Positions 20,073 to 30,300 are shown, numbered from the stretch's first letter. The stretch is 64,000 nucleotides of DNA from Candidatus Muiribacterium halophilum (GCA_002869225.1 PKTG01000130.1:8621-72620), one strand, 5' to 3'. The notes: generated by a model not told the origin, from the sequence alone. Made by a program: numbers and translations.

Positions 20073-21353
20073 ATGAAAAAATTATATATTTTGGCTATTA
20101 TTACTATATTTTTCACATCTTTATTTGCTCTTAATCAGGTAGATAATTTTAAAGTATGGGATACTGGCCAGGAAGGTGTTTATAGAATCACTCTGGACTG
20201 CAAGGAATCTCCTGATATTAAAGAGTTAAACTCAGGTTCTAAAAAGTATCTTATTCTTAATATTAAAGATTCTATTTTTAAAAAGAGCTCAGAGAGTTTC
20301 AGAATGAAACACCACGGTATAGAGTATTTTAAATTAGTTCAGTTTGATAAAAAAACCGTAAGATTAGTTGCAAAGATCACAAAAGAATATCAGACAAAGT
20401 TTTTAATCATGCAAAAAAACAGTTCTTTTCCATATAGGATAATAATAGATTATAAACAAAAAGATATAGCTTGCGATATAGCTACAGGTCTTCCGACAAT
20501 TGTGATAGACCCAGGCCATGGTGGAAAAGACTCCGGCGCAATAGGTACAAAAGGAACTTACGAGAAAGATATAGTTCTTGATATTGCTAAACAACTTGAA
20601 AAGAAGTTATGGCAATCCGGAAGAGTCAATCCTGTTCTTACTCGAGAAGATGATACCTTTGTTGGCCTTAGAAATCGTGTAAGCCTAACCGAGAATAAAA
20701 ACGCTGTTTTATTTTTATCTATACATAATAATGCTGAGCCGACCGGAAGAGCAAGAGGATACAGAGTATATGTTCTTGATGAAAATGGAAAGTCTGGAAA
20801 GACTCATGATATTGTTGCAAGTGCAGAAAACAAATCTTTTGAGATGTTTGAAGATATAAATGATGTAAAAAAAATGGATAAAAACGTCTTAGGTATTCTT
20901 GCTGATATTAAACTTAATCAGACTATTGCGAAGAGTATGCGTCTTGGTAATTTAGTGATCGATAGTTTTAAAAACGAGTTTTCAAATGTAGATATAGAAA
21001 TAAGAAGAGCCCCTTTTCATGTGCTTAAACTTGCTGGTATTCCAGGAGTTTTATTTGAAGCAGGTTTCATTACTAACAAATATGATGAAAGACTATTGAA
21101 AAATGTCTTTTATCGTGAAAAAGTTGCTGAAGTTTTAAAAAGATCAATAATGTCCTATTTGACAGATAATAAATTGATAGCATGTGAACTGGAATCAAAT
21201 AATCTACCGGAATATTATAAAGTAAAACCTGGTGATACTTTAATACATATAGCAAAAAGATTCTCTATAGACCTGAAAAAACTTCAAAAAGTAAATAATA
21301 TTGAAAACCCATCACGAATAATGGTTGGTATGAAACTAAGAATAGTAGAATAA
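20073..21353 (+). CDS. N-acetylmuramoyl-L-alanine amidase (AMIN-like + Amidase_3 + LysM)
   Basis: IDPGHGGKD, EKD, LTR, SIHNNA, LFEAGF; C-terminal YKVKPGDTL LysM. Confidence 0.95.
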   Translation: MKKLYILAIITIFFTSLFALNQVDNFKVWDTGQEGVYRITLDCKESPDIKELNSGSKKYLILNIKDSIFKKSSESFRMKHHGIEYFKLVQFDKKTVRLVAKITKEYQTKFLIMQKNSSFPYRIIIDYKQKDIACDIATGLPTIVIDPGHGGKDSGAIGTKGTYEKDIVLDIAKQLEKKLWQSGRVNPVLTREDDTFVGLRNRVSLTENKNAVLFLSIHNNAEPTGRARGYRVYVLDENGKSGKTHDIVASAENKSFEMFEDINDVKKMDKNVLGILADIKLNQTIAKSMRLGNLVIDSFKNEFSNVDIEIRRAPFHVLKLAGIPGVLFEAGFITNKYDERLLKNVFYREKVAEVLKRSIMSYLTDNKLIACELESNNLPEYYKVKPGDTLIHIAKRFSIDLKKLQKVNNIENPSRIMVGMKLRIVE

Positions 21354-21369
21354 TTTTTGGAATGAATAT

Positions 21370-21403
21370 AAAAAAAGAGCCTCATGATAAGGCTCTTTTT
21401 TTT
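21370..21403. terminator. Bidirectional terminator
   Basis: AAAAAAAGAGCCT-CATGATA-AGGCTCTTTTTTTT between convergent genes. Confidence 0.85.
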
Positions 21404-21416
21404 ATTTTTTAAAATT

Positions 21417-21617
21417 TCACTTAGTTTTTTCTATAGCTTCATTAGCATCTTTTAAAAAAGCTTCTACACTTATTCCATGTGCATTTAACCCTTGTTCTAC
21501 CGTTTCAAACTGTGCAGCCATACACCCAAGACAACCTAATCCATATTTCTGGAAAACAGGTATAATCTCCGGATGGTTTTGAGCAGCTTCAATGATAGGT
21601 GTATCTTTCTTAATCAT
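21417..21617 (-). CDS. DUF1858 family small protein
   Basis: HPE...FQKYGLGCLGCMAAQFETVEQG..HG. Confidence 0.9.
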   Translation of the reverse strand: MIKKDTPIIEAAQNHPEIIPVFQKYGLGCLGCMAAQFETVEQGLNAHGISVEAFLKDANEAIEKTK

Positions 21618-21628
21618 ACTATGTCCTC

Positions 21629-21787
21629 CTATGCTTCTAATTCGTTTACTTTCACTTGTTTTTTTGTTTTCTGTCCAGTATTAACAAATTCAATTACACC
21701 AGCTTTGGAAAGAGCGTTGATAAGGACTTTGACAGTTTTATCAAGTTTCTCAACTTTATTTTTAAGATATTTTACGTCCTTTTCCAT
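21629..21787 (-). CDS. Small hypothetical protein, 52 aa
   Basis: Below the ORF-track cutoff; MEKDVKYLKNKVEKLDKTVKVLINALSKAGVIEF..., RBS AGGGG, stop adjacent to next RBS. Confidence 0.65.
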   Translation of the reverse strand: MEKDVKYLKNKVEKLDKTVKVLINALSKAGVIEFVNTGQKTKKQVKVNELEA

Positions 21788-21818
21788 TTAGCATCCCCCT
21801 TAATTTCAGTTAGAATTT

Positions 21819-21847
21819 ATTATATCACTTTTTATATTAAATTTCAA
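21819..21847 (-). promoter_or_regulatory. Putative sigma70 promoter
   Basis: TTGAAA-N17-TATAAT with extended TG. Confidence 0.65.
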
Positions 21848-21973
21848 TAGGTATTATTATATTATGAACAGAAAGTAGGAAAATGGCAATAGAAAGCAGA
21901 AAACCTTTTTTAATGAAGAGTTTGGAGTTGTAAATTGGGAGTGTTGGTTTTATTTACAATAAATAACTTTAAT

Positions 21974-22004
21974 AAAAAAAAGGCTGCCCCAATGGGCAGC
22001 CTTT
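21974..22004 (-). terminator. Intrinsic terminator after ppdK
   Basis: Minus strand AAAGGCTGCCC-ATTG-GGGCAGCC-T8. Confidence 0.88.
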
Positions 22005-22019
22005 AGTTTTTATTAAAAC

Positions 22020-24707
22020 TTAAGCTTCTTTAGTCTTACTGTTTAAATCAGCTTTTTTTTTATTCTTTAGAGTTGCCTGTGCAGCAGCAAGTCTAGCAAT
22101 CGGTACTCTGAAAGGAGAACAACTTACATAATTAAGTCCGATCTCGTTACAGAATTCTATTGATTCCGGTTCTCCACCATGCTCACCACATATTCCAAGA
22201 ACTAGATCTTTTCTTCTTCTCTTTCCAGATTCAACAGCAAATTTCATAAGTTGACCAACACCTTCCTGGTCAATTGTCTGGAATGGGTTTCTTGGAAGAA
22301 CTTTGTTATCTACATAATAAGTAAGGAATTTACCTTCAGCATCATCTCTTGAATAACCAAATGTCATCTGAGTAAGGTCATTTGTTCCAAATGAGAAGAA
22401 CTCAGCATATTCAGCTATTTCATAAGCTGTAAGAGCTGCTCTTGGTATTTCGATCATTGTTCCTACCATATAATGAAGATCTACACCATGTTTTTTGATG
22501 ATTCCATCAACTGTTTCTCTTGTCATGTCATGAAGTATCTTAAGTTCATTCACATGTCCAACAAGAGGTATCATGATTTCAGGTTTTGGATCTTTTCCTG
22601 CTTTTTTAAGTTCACAAGCAGCTTCTATTATAGCTCTTACCTGCATATTGTATATAACCGGGAAGGTAACTCCAAGTCTACAACCTCTATGTCCAAGCAT
22701 AGGGTTGAACTCAGCAAGTGCTACGACTTTCTTAAGAAGTTCTCTTTTTTCTTCAAGAGAAGCTCCAGTTTCGTTTCTTTCTTCCATTCTTGCGATCTCA
22801 ACCATAAGTTCTTTCTGATCAGGAAGGAATTCATGTAGTGGAGGATCAAGAAGTCTTACTGTTACAGGAAGACCATCCATAGCTTCAAATATTCCATAGA
22901 AATCATCTTTCTGGAATGGGAAAAGTCTTTCAACAGCATCTTTTCTTGCTTCATCACTTTCTGAAAGAATCATTTCTCTAACGATCGGTATTCTCTTTTC
23001 ATCAAAGAACATATGTTCAGTTCTACAAAGTCCAATACCTTCAGCACCAAACTTTCTAGCATTTTTAGCATCTTCTGGAGTATCTGCGTTAGTCCATACA
23101 CCAAGTCTTTTATTTTCATTAGCCCATGCAAGTAGAGTCTCAAACTCTCCTGAAAGTTCAGGATCAATAGTCTTAACTTTACCATCAATTACTTCACCTG
23201 TTGTACCATTGATTGTTAACCAATCCATTTTCTTAAGCTGTTTACCGCTTTTTGTTACAGCAGTTTCTGTCTTAAGATCGATCTTAAGGTCTTCACAACC
23301 AGCAACACAAGCTCTACCCATACCTCTTGCAACAACTGCTGCGTGAGATGTCATTCCACCTCTTGAAGTAAGAATACCTTTAGCTGCATGCATACCTTCA
23401 ATATCTTCAGGAGTTGTCTCAGGTCTAACTAGAAGTACAGCTTCACCAGCTTCAGCAAGTTTAGCAGCTTCTGCTGAATCAAATATGATCTGTCCTGTAG
23501 CAGCACCAGGAGATGCCGGAAGACCTTTAGCAACAACATCGATCTTTTCGTTAGGATCGATCATTGGATGAAGTAGCTGATTAAGAGCTTCTGGTTCTAC
23601 TCTTTCAAGAGCTGTCTCTTTTGTTATCATACCTTCGTTAACCATATCAACTGCTATCTTAACAGCTGCCATTCCAGTTCTTTTACCAGTTCTGGTCTGA
23701 AGAAGATATAATTTTCTATCTTCAATTGTAAACTCGAAATCCTGCATATCTTTGAAATGCTGTTCAAGTTTTTCATAAACTTCTAAAAGTTCTTCATAAA
23801 CTTTAGGCATCAAAGGTTTAAGATCATCTATTTTCTTTGGAGTTCTTATACCAGCAACAACATCTTCACCCTGTGCATTAATAAGGAATTCTCCGTAATG
23901 TTCTTTATTTCCGTTTGAAGGATTTCTTGTAAAGGAAACTCCAGTACCTGAATCTTCACCTTTATTTCCGTATACCATTGTTTGTACGTTAACTGCAGTA
24001 CCAAGTTCATCAGGTATTTTATTAAGTCTTCTATAAGTTTTAGCTCTAGGATTATCCCATGAAGAAAATACAGCATTTATAGCTCCATAAAGCTGATCTT
24101 TAGCATCCTGCGGGAATTCTTTTCCTTTTTCTTTGTTATAAAGTGCTTTATAACCGGATATAACTTCTTTAAGAGCTTCCGCACTAAGATCCTGGTCAAA
24201 CTCAGCACCATGTTTTTCTTTAACTGAATCAAGAACTTCTTCAAATTTTGAATGTTCTATTTCGTCTATAACATCTCCATACATCTGTATGAATCTTCTA
24301 TAACAGTCATATGCAAAAATCGGATTTCCTGTATTAGAAGCAAATGCTTCAACGTTTTTATCATTAAGACCCAAGTTAAGAACTGTATCCATCATACCAG
24401 GCATTGATATCTTAGCACCTGATCTTACTGATACAAGAAGTGGGTCGGTAGCATCACCAAGTTTTTTTCCCATAGCTTTTTCAAGTTTAGCTAGGTTTTC
24501 TTCGATCTCTTCTTTCATTCCGTCTGGATACTGTTTGTTTTTTGAAAAATATCTACAGTTTTCAGTGGTGATAGTGAATCCTGGAGGTACTGGTAATCCA
24601 GCCTTAGCCATTTCCGCAAGGTTAGCACCTTTACCACCTAAAAGATCTTTCATAGTACCGTCGCCGTCTGACATGTTAGCGCCGAAAAAATATACTTTTT
24701 TGCTCAT
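22020..24707 (-). CDS. ppdK: Pyruvate, phosphate dikinase
   Basis: LLGGKGANL, SVRSGA, GGMTSHAAVVARG, GIGLCRTEHM, FSFGTNDLTQ. Confidence 0.98.
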   Translation of the reverse strand: MSKKVYFFGANMSDGDGTMKDLLGGKGANLAEMAKAGLPVPPGFTITTENCRYFSKNKQYPDGMKEEIEENLAKLEKAMGKKLGDATDPLLVSVRSGAKISMPGMMDTVLNLGLNDKNVEAFASNTGNPIFAYDCYRRFIQMYGDVIDEIEHSKFEEVLDSVKEKHGAEFDQDLSAEALKEVISGYKALYNKEKGKEFPQDAKDQLYGAINAVFSSWDNPRAKTYRRLNKIPDELGTAVNVQTMVYGNKGEDSGTGVSFTRNPSNGNKEHYGEFLINAQGEDVVAGIRTPKKIDDLKPLMPKVYEELLEVYEKLEQHFKDMQDFEFTIEDRKLYLLQTRTGKRTGMAAVKIAVDMVNEGMITKETALERVEPEALNQLLHPMIDPNEKIDVVAKGLPASPGAATGQIIFDSAEAAKLAEAGEAVLLVRPETTPEDIEGMHAAKGILTSRGGMTSHAAVVARGMGRACVAGCEDLKIDLKTETAVTKSGKQLKKMDWLTINGTTGEVIDGKVKTIDPELSGEFETLLAWANENKRLGVWTNADTPEDAKNARKFGAEGIGLCRTEHMFFDEKRIPIVREMILSESDEARKDAVERLFPFQKDDFYGIFEAMDGLPVTVRLLDPPLHEFLPDQKELMVEIARMEERNETGASLEEKRELLKKVVALAEFNPMLGHRGCRLGVTFPVIYNMQVRAIIEAACELKKAGKDPKPEIMIPLVGHVNELKILHDMTRETVDGIIKKHGVDLHYMVGTMIEIPRAALTAYEIAEYAEFFSFGTNDLTQMTFGYSRDDAEGKFLTYYVDNKVLPRNPFQTIDQEGVGQLMKFAVESGKRRRKDLVLGICGEHGGEPESIEFCNEIGLNYVSCSPFRVPIARLAAAQATLKNKKKADLNSKTKEA

Positions 24708-24723
24708 TCCACCCTCCTGAGGT

Positions 24724-25074
24724 TTATAGTGATTTTACTCTTTCTACGATCTGTCCAAATGCTTTTTCATCGTTTACTGCAAGTTCAGCAAGCATTTTTC
24801 TATTAATATCGATATTAGCTTTTTTTAGTCCGTTCATAAATCTTGAATAAGAGATTCCATATTTTCTAGCAGCAATATTGATTCTAGTGATCCATAGTTT
24901 TCTGAATTCTCTCTTTTTAGTCTTTCTGTCTCTATATGAATATGATAGAGATTTCATTACCGCTTCGTTAGCTACCTTAAGAAGATTCTTTCTGGCAAGC
25001 CTGAAGCCTTTTGCTCTTTTAAATAATTTCTTCTTTCTTTTTCTTGATATTAATGCTCTTTTTACTCTTGGCAT
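24724..25074 (-). CDS. rplT: 50S ribosomal protein L20
   Basis: MPRVKR...AKGF...[17 protein letters not shown]. Confidence 0.98.
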   Translation of the reverse strand: MPRVKRALISRKRKKKLFKRAKGFRLARKNLLKVANEAVMKSLSYSYRDRKTKKREFRKLWITRINIAARKYGISYSRFMNGLKKANIDINRKMLAELAVNDEKAFGQIVERVKSL

Positions 25075-25089
25075 GTTCTCCTCCTATAA

Positions 25090-25287
25090 TTAAGCTTCAA
25101 GCAACATTCGCTTCATTGTTCTTTCAAGTGATTTACCGACAATTATTGATTTTCTGAGTCTTCTTTTTCTTTTTCTAGATTTTTTTGTAAGGATATGACT
25201 CTTTCCTTCTTTCATTCTTTTGATCTTTCCACTACCTGTAATTTTGAGCCTTTTCATAGCTCCTCTTCTTGATTTCATTTTAGGCAT
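25090..25287 (-). CDS. rpmI: 50S ribosomal protein L35
   Basis: MPKMKS...[11 protein letters not shown]...HILTKK. Confidence 0.97.
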   Translation of the reverse strand: MPKMKSRRGAMKRLKITGSGKIKRMKEGKSHILTKKSRKRKRRLRKSIIVGKSLERTMKRMLLEA

Positions 25288-25313
25288 GATCTATTTCCTC
25301 CTAATGGTTTTTT

Positions 25314-25826
25314 TTACGCTTCTGGTGTTACCTCAAGTAGGTATAACCTTTTACCTTTATTTATATTTTTTTCCACTTTACCAAAATCCTCAAGTTCCTG
25401 ACCTATTCTGTCAAGAAGCTCTTCACCCTGCTCTTTATACGCATTCTGTCTTCCACGAAAACGCATATTGAATCTAACTTTATCACCTTTTTTTAAAAAT
25501 TTTATAGCTCTGTTGATTTTAATATTGAGATCATGATCTTCAATATTAGGTCTTAGCCGTATTTCTTTTACATTAACTATTTTCTGTTTTTTTCTAGCTT
25601 CTTTTTATTTCTTTTCCTGTTCATACTTGAACTTAGAATAGTTAATGATCTTACATACAGGCGGTTTAGCCTTTGGAGCTATCTCAACAAGATCCAAACC
25701 ATTTTCTTCAGCATCTTCGATCGCCTTGTTAATTGGCACTACTCCAACTTGTTCTCCTTCAGCCCCAATAAGTCTGACTTCTGTAGCAGTAATTTCTTCG
25801 TTAATACGGTAACTAACCTTTTTAAT
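25314..25826 (-). CDS. infC: Translation initiation factor IF-3 (ATT start), 170 aa
   Basis: Missed by the ORF track. GGAGGTG-N4-ATT AAA AAG...RINEEI.A.EVRLIG...[15 protein letters not shown]...RFRGR; upstream of rpmI-rplT. Confidence 0.96.
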
Positions 25827-25851
25827 AACCCACCTCCAAAATTTTTAAAAT

Positions 25852-25972
25852 AAAAAAACGGGCAGTAAAAACTACCCGTTTCATTAAATATATAATATAC
25901 TAATATTCAATCTATTTACCATTAACGCACCTCATGGGCACTAGTGGTGAGAAACAGGCTGTTTCTTCTTGT
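25852..25972 (-). promoter_or_regulatory. Ribosomal protein L20 leader with terminator hairpin
   Basis: AAGAAGAAAC...GTTTCTCACC...GGTAAATAGA followed by AAACGGGTAG/CTGCCCGTTT-T run, directly upstream of infC. Confidence 0.75.
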
Positions 25973-26003
25973 GTCTGCATATTAATGTTTTTCCCGACTT
26001 TTG

Positions 26004-26723
26004 TCAAGTATACCAATTACCTTGAAAGATACCTTTAAAAAGTATCTGTGCCTCTCCTATGAGTATTATACCATCTGAAGATGTTTCCAGAAAAAGCGGT
26101 CCTCCATCAAATCTAAGCTTTATATTGCTTATATCCGAGAACTCTCTTAGCACTGAAAATATAGCAGTAGCTCCAGTTCCACATCCCATAGTAAAACCAA
26201 CACCCCTTTCGTATACCTTTACTCTATAACAATCATCCTGTTTCATAATAAACTCTACATTATAATCGGGATTGTTTTTGGCGACCTCTACTATCTCAGA
26301 TTCAATATAATTATCTTTTATATATATTCGATGAAGATTGCCAACATCAACTTCAAAATAATCCTTTTCTGTCTTAATAAGTTGTGGATTACCCATGTTT
26401 ACAGCAACAGTATTATCCTGCTTTATATTAAAATGAAATGCTCCAGCTCCTGTTATTATATTGCCTTCACTCGTACCTTTCTCTTCATGCATAAGCCTTG
26501 CTGCGCAACGAAGACCGTTTCCACAATTTTTAGCATGACTTCCGTCACTATTAAAAAAATCTACCTCGATCTCATTATCAGAATTATATTTATAGAAGAT
26601 CACACCATCAGCACCTATTCCAAATTTTCTTCTACAGACCCTTACAATATCTATGTCATGCTTTTCTGGTATAAAAACAAAATCGTTTCCTAAAGCGGTT
26701 ATCTTATAAAACTCGAGCATCAT
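26004..26723 (-). CDS. dapF: Diaminopimelate epimerase
   Basis: GNDFV, GIGADG, NSDGS...CGNG.RC, ERGVG.T.GCGTG. Confidence 0.93.
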   Translation of the reverse strand: MMLEFYKITALGNDFVFIPEKHDIDIVRVCRRKFGIGADGVIFYKYNSDNEIEVDFFNSDGSHAKNCGNGLRCAARLMHEEKGTSEGNIITGAGAFHFNIKQDNTVAVNMGNPQLIKTEKDYFEVDVGNLHRIYIKDNYIESEIVEVAKNNPDYNVEFIMKQDDCYRVKVYERGVGFTMGCGTGATAIFSVLREFSDISNIKLRFDGGPLFLETSSDGIILIGEAQILFKGIFQGNWYT

Positions 26724-28951
26724 TCCTCCACTTTGTAATATGCAACTGTTAGATCATCATCAAAACTCTCGCTTTTTTTAAATTCTCGAACTTTTTTTAG
26801 AATAAAATCGAAAATGTTTTTATGATTCTTCTTAAACATCTCCTGAAGACGATCAGATCCAAATATCTTGCCTTTTTCATTCATCGCTTCTACTAATCCG
26901 TCGGTGTAAAGAAACATCATGTCACCTTTTTGAAGTTTGACCATATCCTCATGATAGGAATAATTATCGAAGAAACCCACAACTACATCATTTGTGTGGA
27001 GTTCCTCAACAATCTTATTATTTCTGACTATTATTGGATAATTATGACCTGCATTACAATACCTGACAATATGGTTTTCAACATCCACCACTGCATAAAA
27101 GACTGTCACAAATACTCTTGTGTCAATATCTCCCATTATAAGAGTGTTTACTTTATCCATAACAGAAGATGGCGATAATTCTCTATAGGCAATAGAGCGA
27201 ATAAGTGTCCTAAGCATTACCATAAGAAGTGAAGCCGGAACACCTTTTCCTGAAACGTCTGCTATTATCAGCCCTTTATGCTTTTCATCTATATCTATAT
27301 AATCAACATAATCTCCACCTACTTCTTTTGCAGGTATACATCTAAAATCAACAGAAAAACCTTTTCCTTCAAGTTTTTTGTGAGGAAGAAGCTTCATCTG
27401 AATATCCCTAGCTATATTAAGTTCATGTGATACTTTTTCTTTTTCAATAAGTTGCGAACTTAATCTAAAGTTTTCAATCGTAATAGCGGTCTGGTTCGCG
27501 AGTATTTCAAGTACTTTTTTATCATCCTCGTTAAAATCTTTTCCATCTTTTCTATCAGAGACATTAATTATTGCTACTACATTATTTTTTATCTTGACCG
27601 GAACTGCAACAAAAGAACCAGTAGAATAGTTTCCTGAATATTTGCTTTTAAAAGATTTCTCATCATCTGAACAGACAAGATATGATCTCTTATGTTTTAT
27701 AATATCCTTACTTATCCTACCTCTTTTCTTAAGTTTTAGATTCTCGACTCTCTTACGATTTTTGCCGATTATTCCAGATACAAGAAGATCTCCTTCACCA
27801 TCATCGGATATAAGTAAAACTGATGCTCTGTTGACTTTCATCGAATATATAATAGTGTCTACTATCATCTTTAATAGTTCTTCAGCTACTACGGTGTTTC
27901 TAACGAAGGTATTTATACTATATAGAATATTAAGCTCATTACTTTTATTTCTTAGTTCTTCCTGAGTCTTTTCAAGCAGTGTAGCTGTCTTTGTAAGGTC
28001 TTTTACGAGTTTTGACTTATCGTATCTAAAAGTCTCTCGCTGAATGGCGATCTTTAAAAGTTCCTCAAAATTATTTACTTTCTGAGTAAAGAACCTTTCA
28101 AGCGAACCTGCTATTATCTCCACATTGTTTAGATCCTCTTTTTTAAAATTACCTCTTTCCTTGTCTGTAAGATATATTACAGCTACAACATTTTTTTGAA
28201 ATCTAACCGGTACAGCAATAAAACTTTTTGTCTCATAGATGTTTAAATTATTCATATACTGAGAATACTTTGTCTTTTCAATATCTTTAATGAATAGAGA
28301 CTTTGGTTTTTCAAGAAGTTCTTCAGTTACTTTTCCTCTTTGTACAAGATACAATTTTTTAAAAACTTTTTGATCCTTTATATCTATATTATACAAAAGA
28401 TCGTTCTTTTCTTTCTTATCTATAAGTATTACAGAAACCCTTTTAGCTCCAATCGATTCACTTAAATAGTCAATTATTATATTGATTATCTCATCAAGAA
28501 AGAATTGTGTATCTACAATAAAACTCTTTCCTATACTATCTGATAGATCTTTTATTCTTTCTCTAAAATCATTGTTTATCTTCTCGAGTTGTTTACTTGT
28601 TATATAAACAGCTGATAAAATATCCGAACTACTGGAAAGGGTCTGATTTATATGATTATAGAATATTTTTTCTTCAAAATTCATAAATGGTTTTGAAAAA
28701 AATGCAGAGTTTTTAAGATCTTTTGCTAATCTTTTGTTTTTCTGCAATGAGAAGAATGCTACAATCCTATCTTTATCAAGAAGATCAAAACGTCTTGAGT
28801 TTTCATAATCAATTAAACAATAATCATAGTCTTTTGAATATCTTTTGGATAATATAATATTTTGATCTGAAAGAAGACCTTTTACTCTTTCAAACAACTT
28901 ATCATCATTTGTATCAAAGAAGATCTTTTTTATATTATTCGTTCTGTTCAT
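26720..28951 (-). CDS. GAF-GAF-SpoIIE (PP2C, RsbU-like) phosphatase
   Basis: Two GAF domains; VGGDY, IADVSGKG, NAGH, YTDGL, DDLT. Confidence 0.93.
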   Translation of the reverse strand: MNRTNNIKKIFFDTNDDKLFERVKGLLSDQNIILSKRYSKDYDYCLIDYENSRRFDLLDKDRIVAFFSLQKNKRLAKDLKNSAFFSKPFMNFEEKIFYNHINQTLSSSSDILSAVYITSKQLEKINNDFRERIKDLSDSIGKSFIVDTQFFLDEIINIIIDYLSESIGAKRVSVILIDKKEKNDLLYNIDIKDQKVFKKLYLVQRGKVTEELLEKPKSLFIKDIEKTKYSQYMNNLNIYETKSFIAVPVRFQKNVVAVIYLTDKERGNFKKEDLNNVEIIAGSLERFFTQKVNNFEELLKIAIQRETFRYDKSKLVKDLTKTATLLEKTQEELRNKSNELNILYSINTFVRNTVVAEELLKMIVDTIIYSMKVNRASVLLISDDGEGDLLVSGIIGKNRKRVENLKLKKRGRISKDIIKHKRSYLVCSDDEKSFKSKYSGNYSTGSFVAVPVKIKNNVVAIINVSDRKDGKDFNEDDKKVLEILANQTAITIENFRLSSQLIEKEKVSHELNIARDIQMKLLPHKKLEGKGFSVDFRCIPAKEVGGDYVDYIDIDEKHKGLIIADVSGKGVPASLLMVMLRTLIRSIAYRELSPSSVMDKVNTLIMGDIDTRVFVTVFYAVVDVENHIVRYCNAGHNYPIIVRNNKIVEELHTNDVVVGFFDNYSYHEDMVKLQKGDMMFLYTDGLVEAMNEKGKIFGSDRLQEMFKKNHKNIFDFILKKVREFKKSESFDDDLTVAYYKVEE

Positions 28952-29396
28952 AATTTAAGATTATATCAATGACATCCTTTGGATTTTTTGAATTGATAAG
29001 TTTATCTCTGAATTCCGGATATCTTACCATTCTTGATAATTTTGCAAGTACCTGAAGGTATCCTGAAGATTTTTCAGGAGAAGCACCGATCAAAAAAATA
29101 CAATGTACTTTTTTATCATCTAGTGCATCAAAATCTACTCCTGTTTTGGAAAGTCCCAGTGAAAGAACCACTTCATCTAGACCTTGCACTTTGCCATGAG
29201 GAATAGCTATTCCTTTTCCAATACCAGTACTGCCTAACTTTTCTCTGGCTATAACACTTTTTTTAAAGGAATCACCACAGGAGATAATATTTTTTTCTTT
29301 TAAAGAATCAATTAGTTCTTCTATTATGCTGTCTTTATCCTTTGACTTAATATCCATTATTATTGCATCTTCTCTAAGAACATTTGATAGTTCCAT
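28935..29396 (-). CDS. PTS EIIA (Fru/Ntr-type) domain protein
   Basis: RE..GSTGIGKGIAIPH. Confidence 0.93.
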   Translation of the reverse strand: MELSNVLREDAIIMDIKSKDKDSIIEELIDSLKEKNIISCGDSFKKSVIAREKLGSTGIGKGIAIPHGKVQGLDEVVLSLGLSKTGVDFDALDDKKVHCIFLIGASPEKSSGYLQVLAKLSRMVRYPEFRDKLINSKNPKDVIDIILNYEQNE

Positions 29397-29453
29397 TTAC
29401 ACCTCCGATGAATCTTAAAAATATTATATACGTTTTCTCTGGAAAAAACTATC

Positions 29454-29795
29454 TTATTTACCTGAAATATATCTTACTGCTTCAATTATATCGTGTTTAA
29501 TAATAAACACTTCCATCAAACCACTGATCTCGAATATATTTTGTATATACGGTCTGACACCAATAAAAACGACTTTTCCGCCAGATGAAGAAATATCTTT
29601 TATAACCGAAATAAATTGTCCGATTACAGCACTGTTGATATAAGGCATTCTTGCAAGATCAAAAATAATATTCTTTTCTCTTTGCCTTAAAAGATCATTA
29701 ACAATATCTACAAAATCCTGAATATCATCATATTTTATGTTTCCATCGATTCTTACAACCGTGGAGTTTTTTAATTTATCTGTTGTAAATTTCAT
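29454..29795 (-). CDS. STAS-domain anti-sigma factor antagonist
   Basis: FDLARMPYINSAVIG; IFEISGL. Confidence 0.88.
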   Translation of the reverse strand: MKFTTDKLKNSTVVRIDGNIKYDDIQDFVDIVNDLLRQREKNIIFDLARMPYINSAVIGQFISVIKDISSSGGKVVFIGVRPYIQNIFEISGLMEVFIIKHDIIEAVRYISGK

Positions 29796-29857
29796 ATTTT
29801 TTCCTCATTTAAATGATACTACTAGTAAATCTATAAAACAAGTTCTTGTCCAATATT

Positions 29858-29976
29858 GGGAATTGGGATAAAGCTGGATTTTGGATTTTGGGAAGATCAA
29901 AACCAACCCAAACACCAAATTCCAAACCCCACGATTTAAGGATTTTCTGGTTTTACTAATTTCGCTTCACGCTTAA
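29858..29976 (+). repeat. Dispersed intergenic repeat, copy
   Basis: GGGATAAAGCTGGATTTTGGATTTTGGGAAGATCAAAACCAACCCAAACACCAAATTCCAAACCCCACGATTTAAGG matches 9855-9970 (reverse) and 52288-52370. Confidence 0.9.
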
Positions 29977-30001
29977 CCCTTTTCGCAATTTTTTTACGAA
30001 T

Positions 30002-30029
30002 TAAAAAAAATACTGTTAGTCTCCGATAA
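30002..30029 (+). promoter_or_regulatory. Putative sigma28-like promoter
   Basis: TAAA-N16-TCCGATAA. Confidence 0.6.
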
Positions 30030-30036
30030 AGGAAAT

Positions 30037-30300
30037 ATGAAAGAAAGTCTGTATTTAAGAAAGAAGATAACTGAACTTACCGAAAGAATATCTTTTTTAA
30101 AAAGGAAGATAGTTATTCTAGAACAGGAAAACCTTTCGTTAAGAAAAAGAATCTCTTCTAATAGAACATGGTTCCAAAAAATAAAAGATATTTTAACTGG
30201 AAAAGTAGTATTTGAGATCGAGATGCCATGGTCTAAAAAACAGGCTAGTAAAATAAGTGAAGAATATGAACAACCTGAAAAGATAAGAAAGATAGGTTGA
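30037..30300 (+). CDS. Small coiled-coil hypothetical protein
   Basis: Heptad-rich N-terminus; preceded by a promoter-like motif; occupies an intergenic gap. Confidence 0.65.
   Translation: MKESLYLRKKITELTERISFLKRKIVILEQENLSLRKRISSNRTWFQKIKDILTGKVVFEIEMPWSKKQASKISEEYEQPEKIRKIG

Noticed and set aside
25220-25471. 83-aa plus-strand ORF
   Set aside because: Antisense to rpmI/infC.
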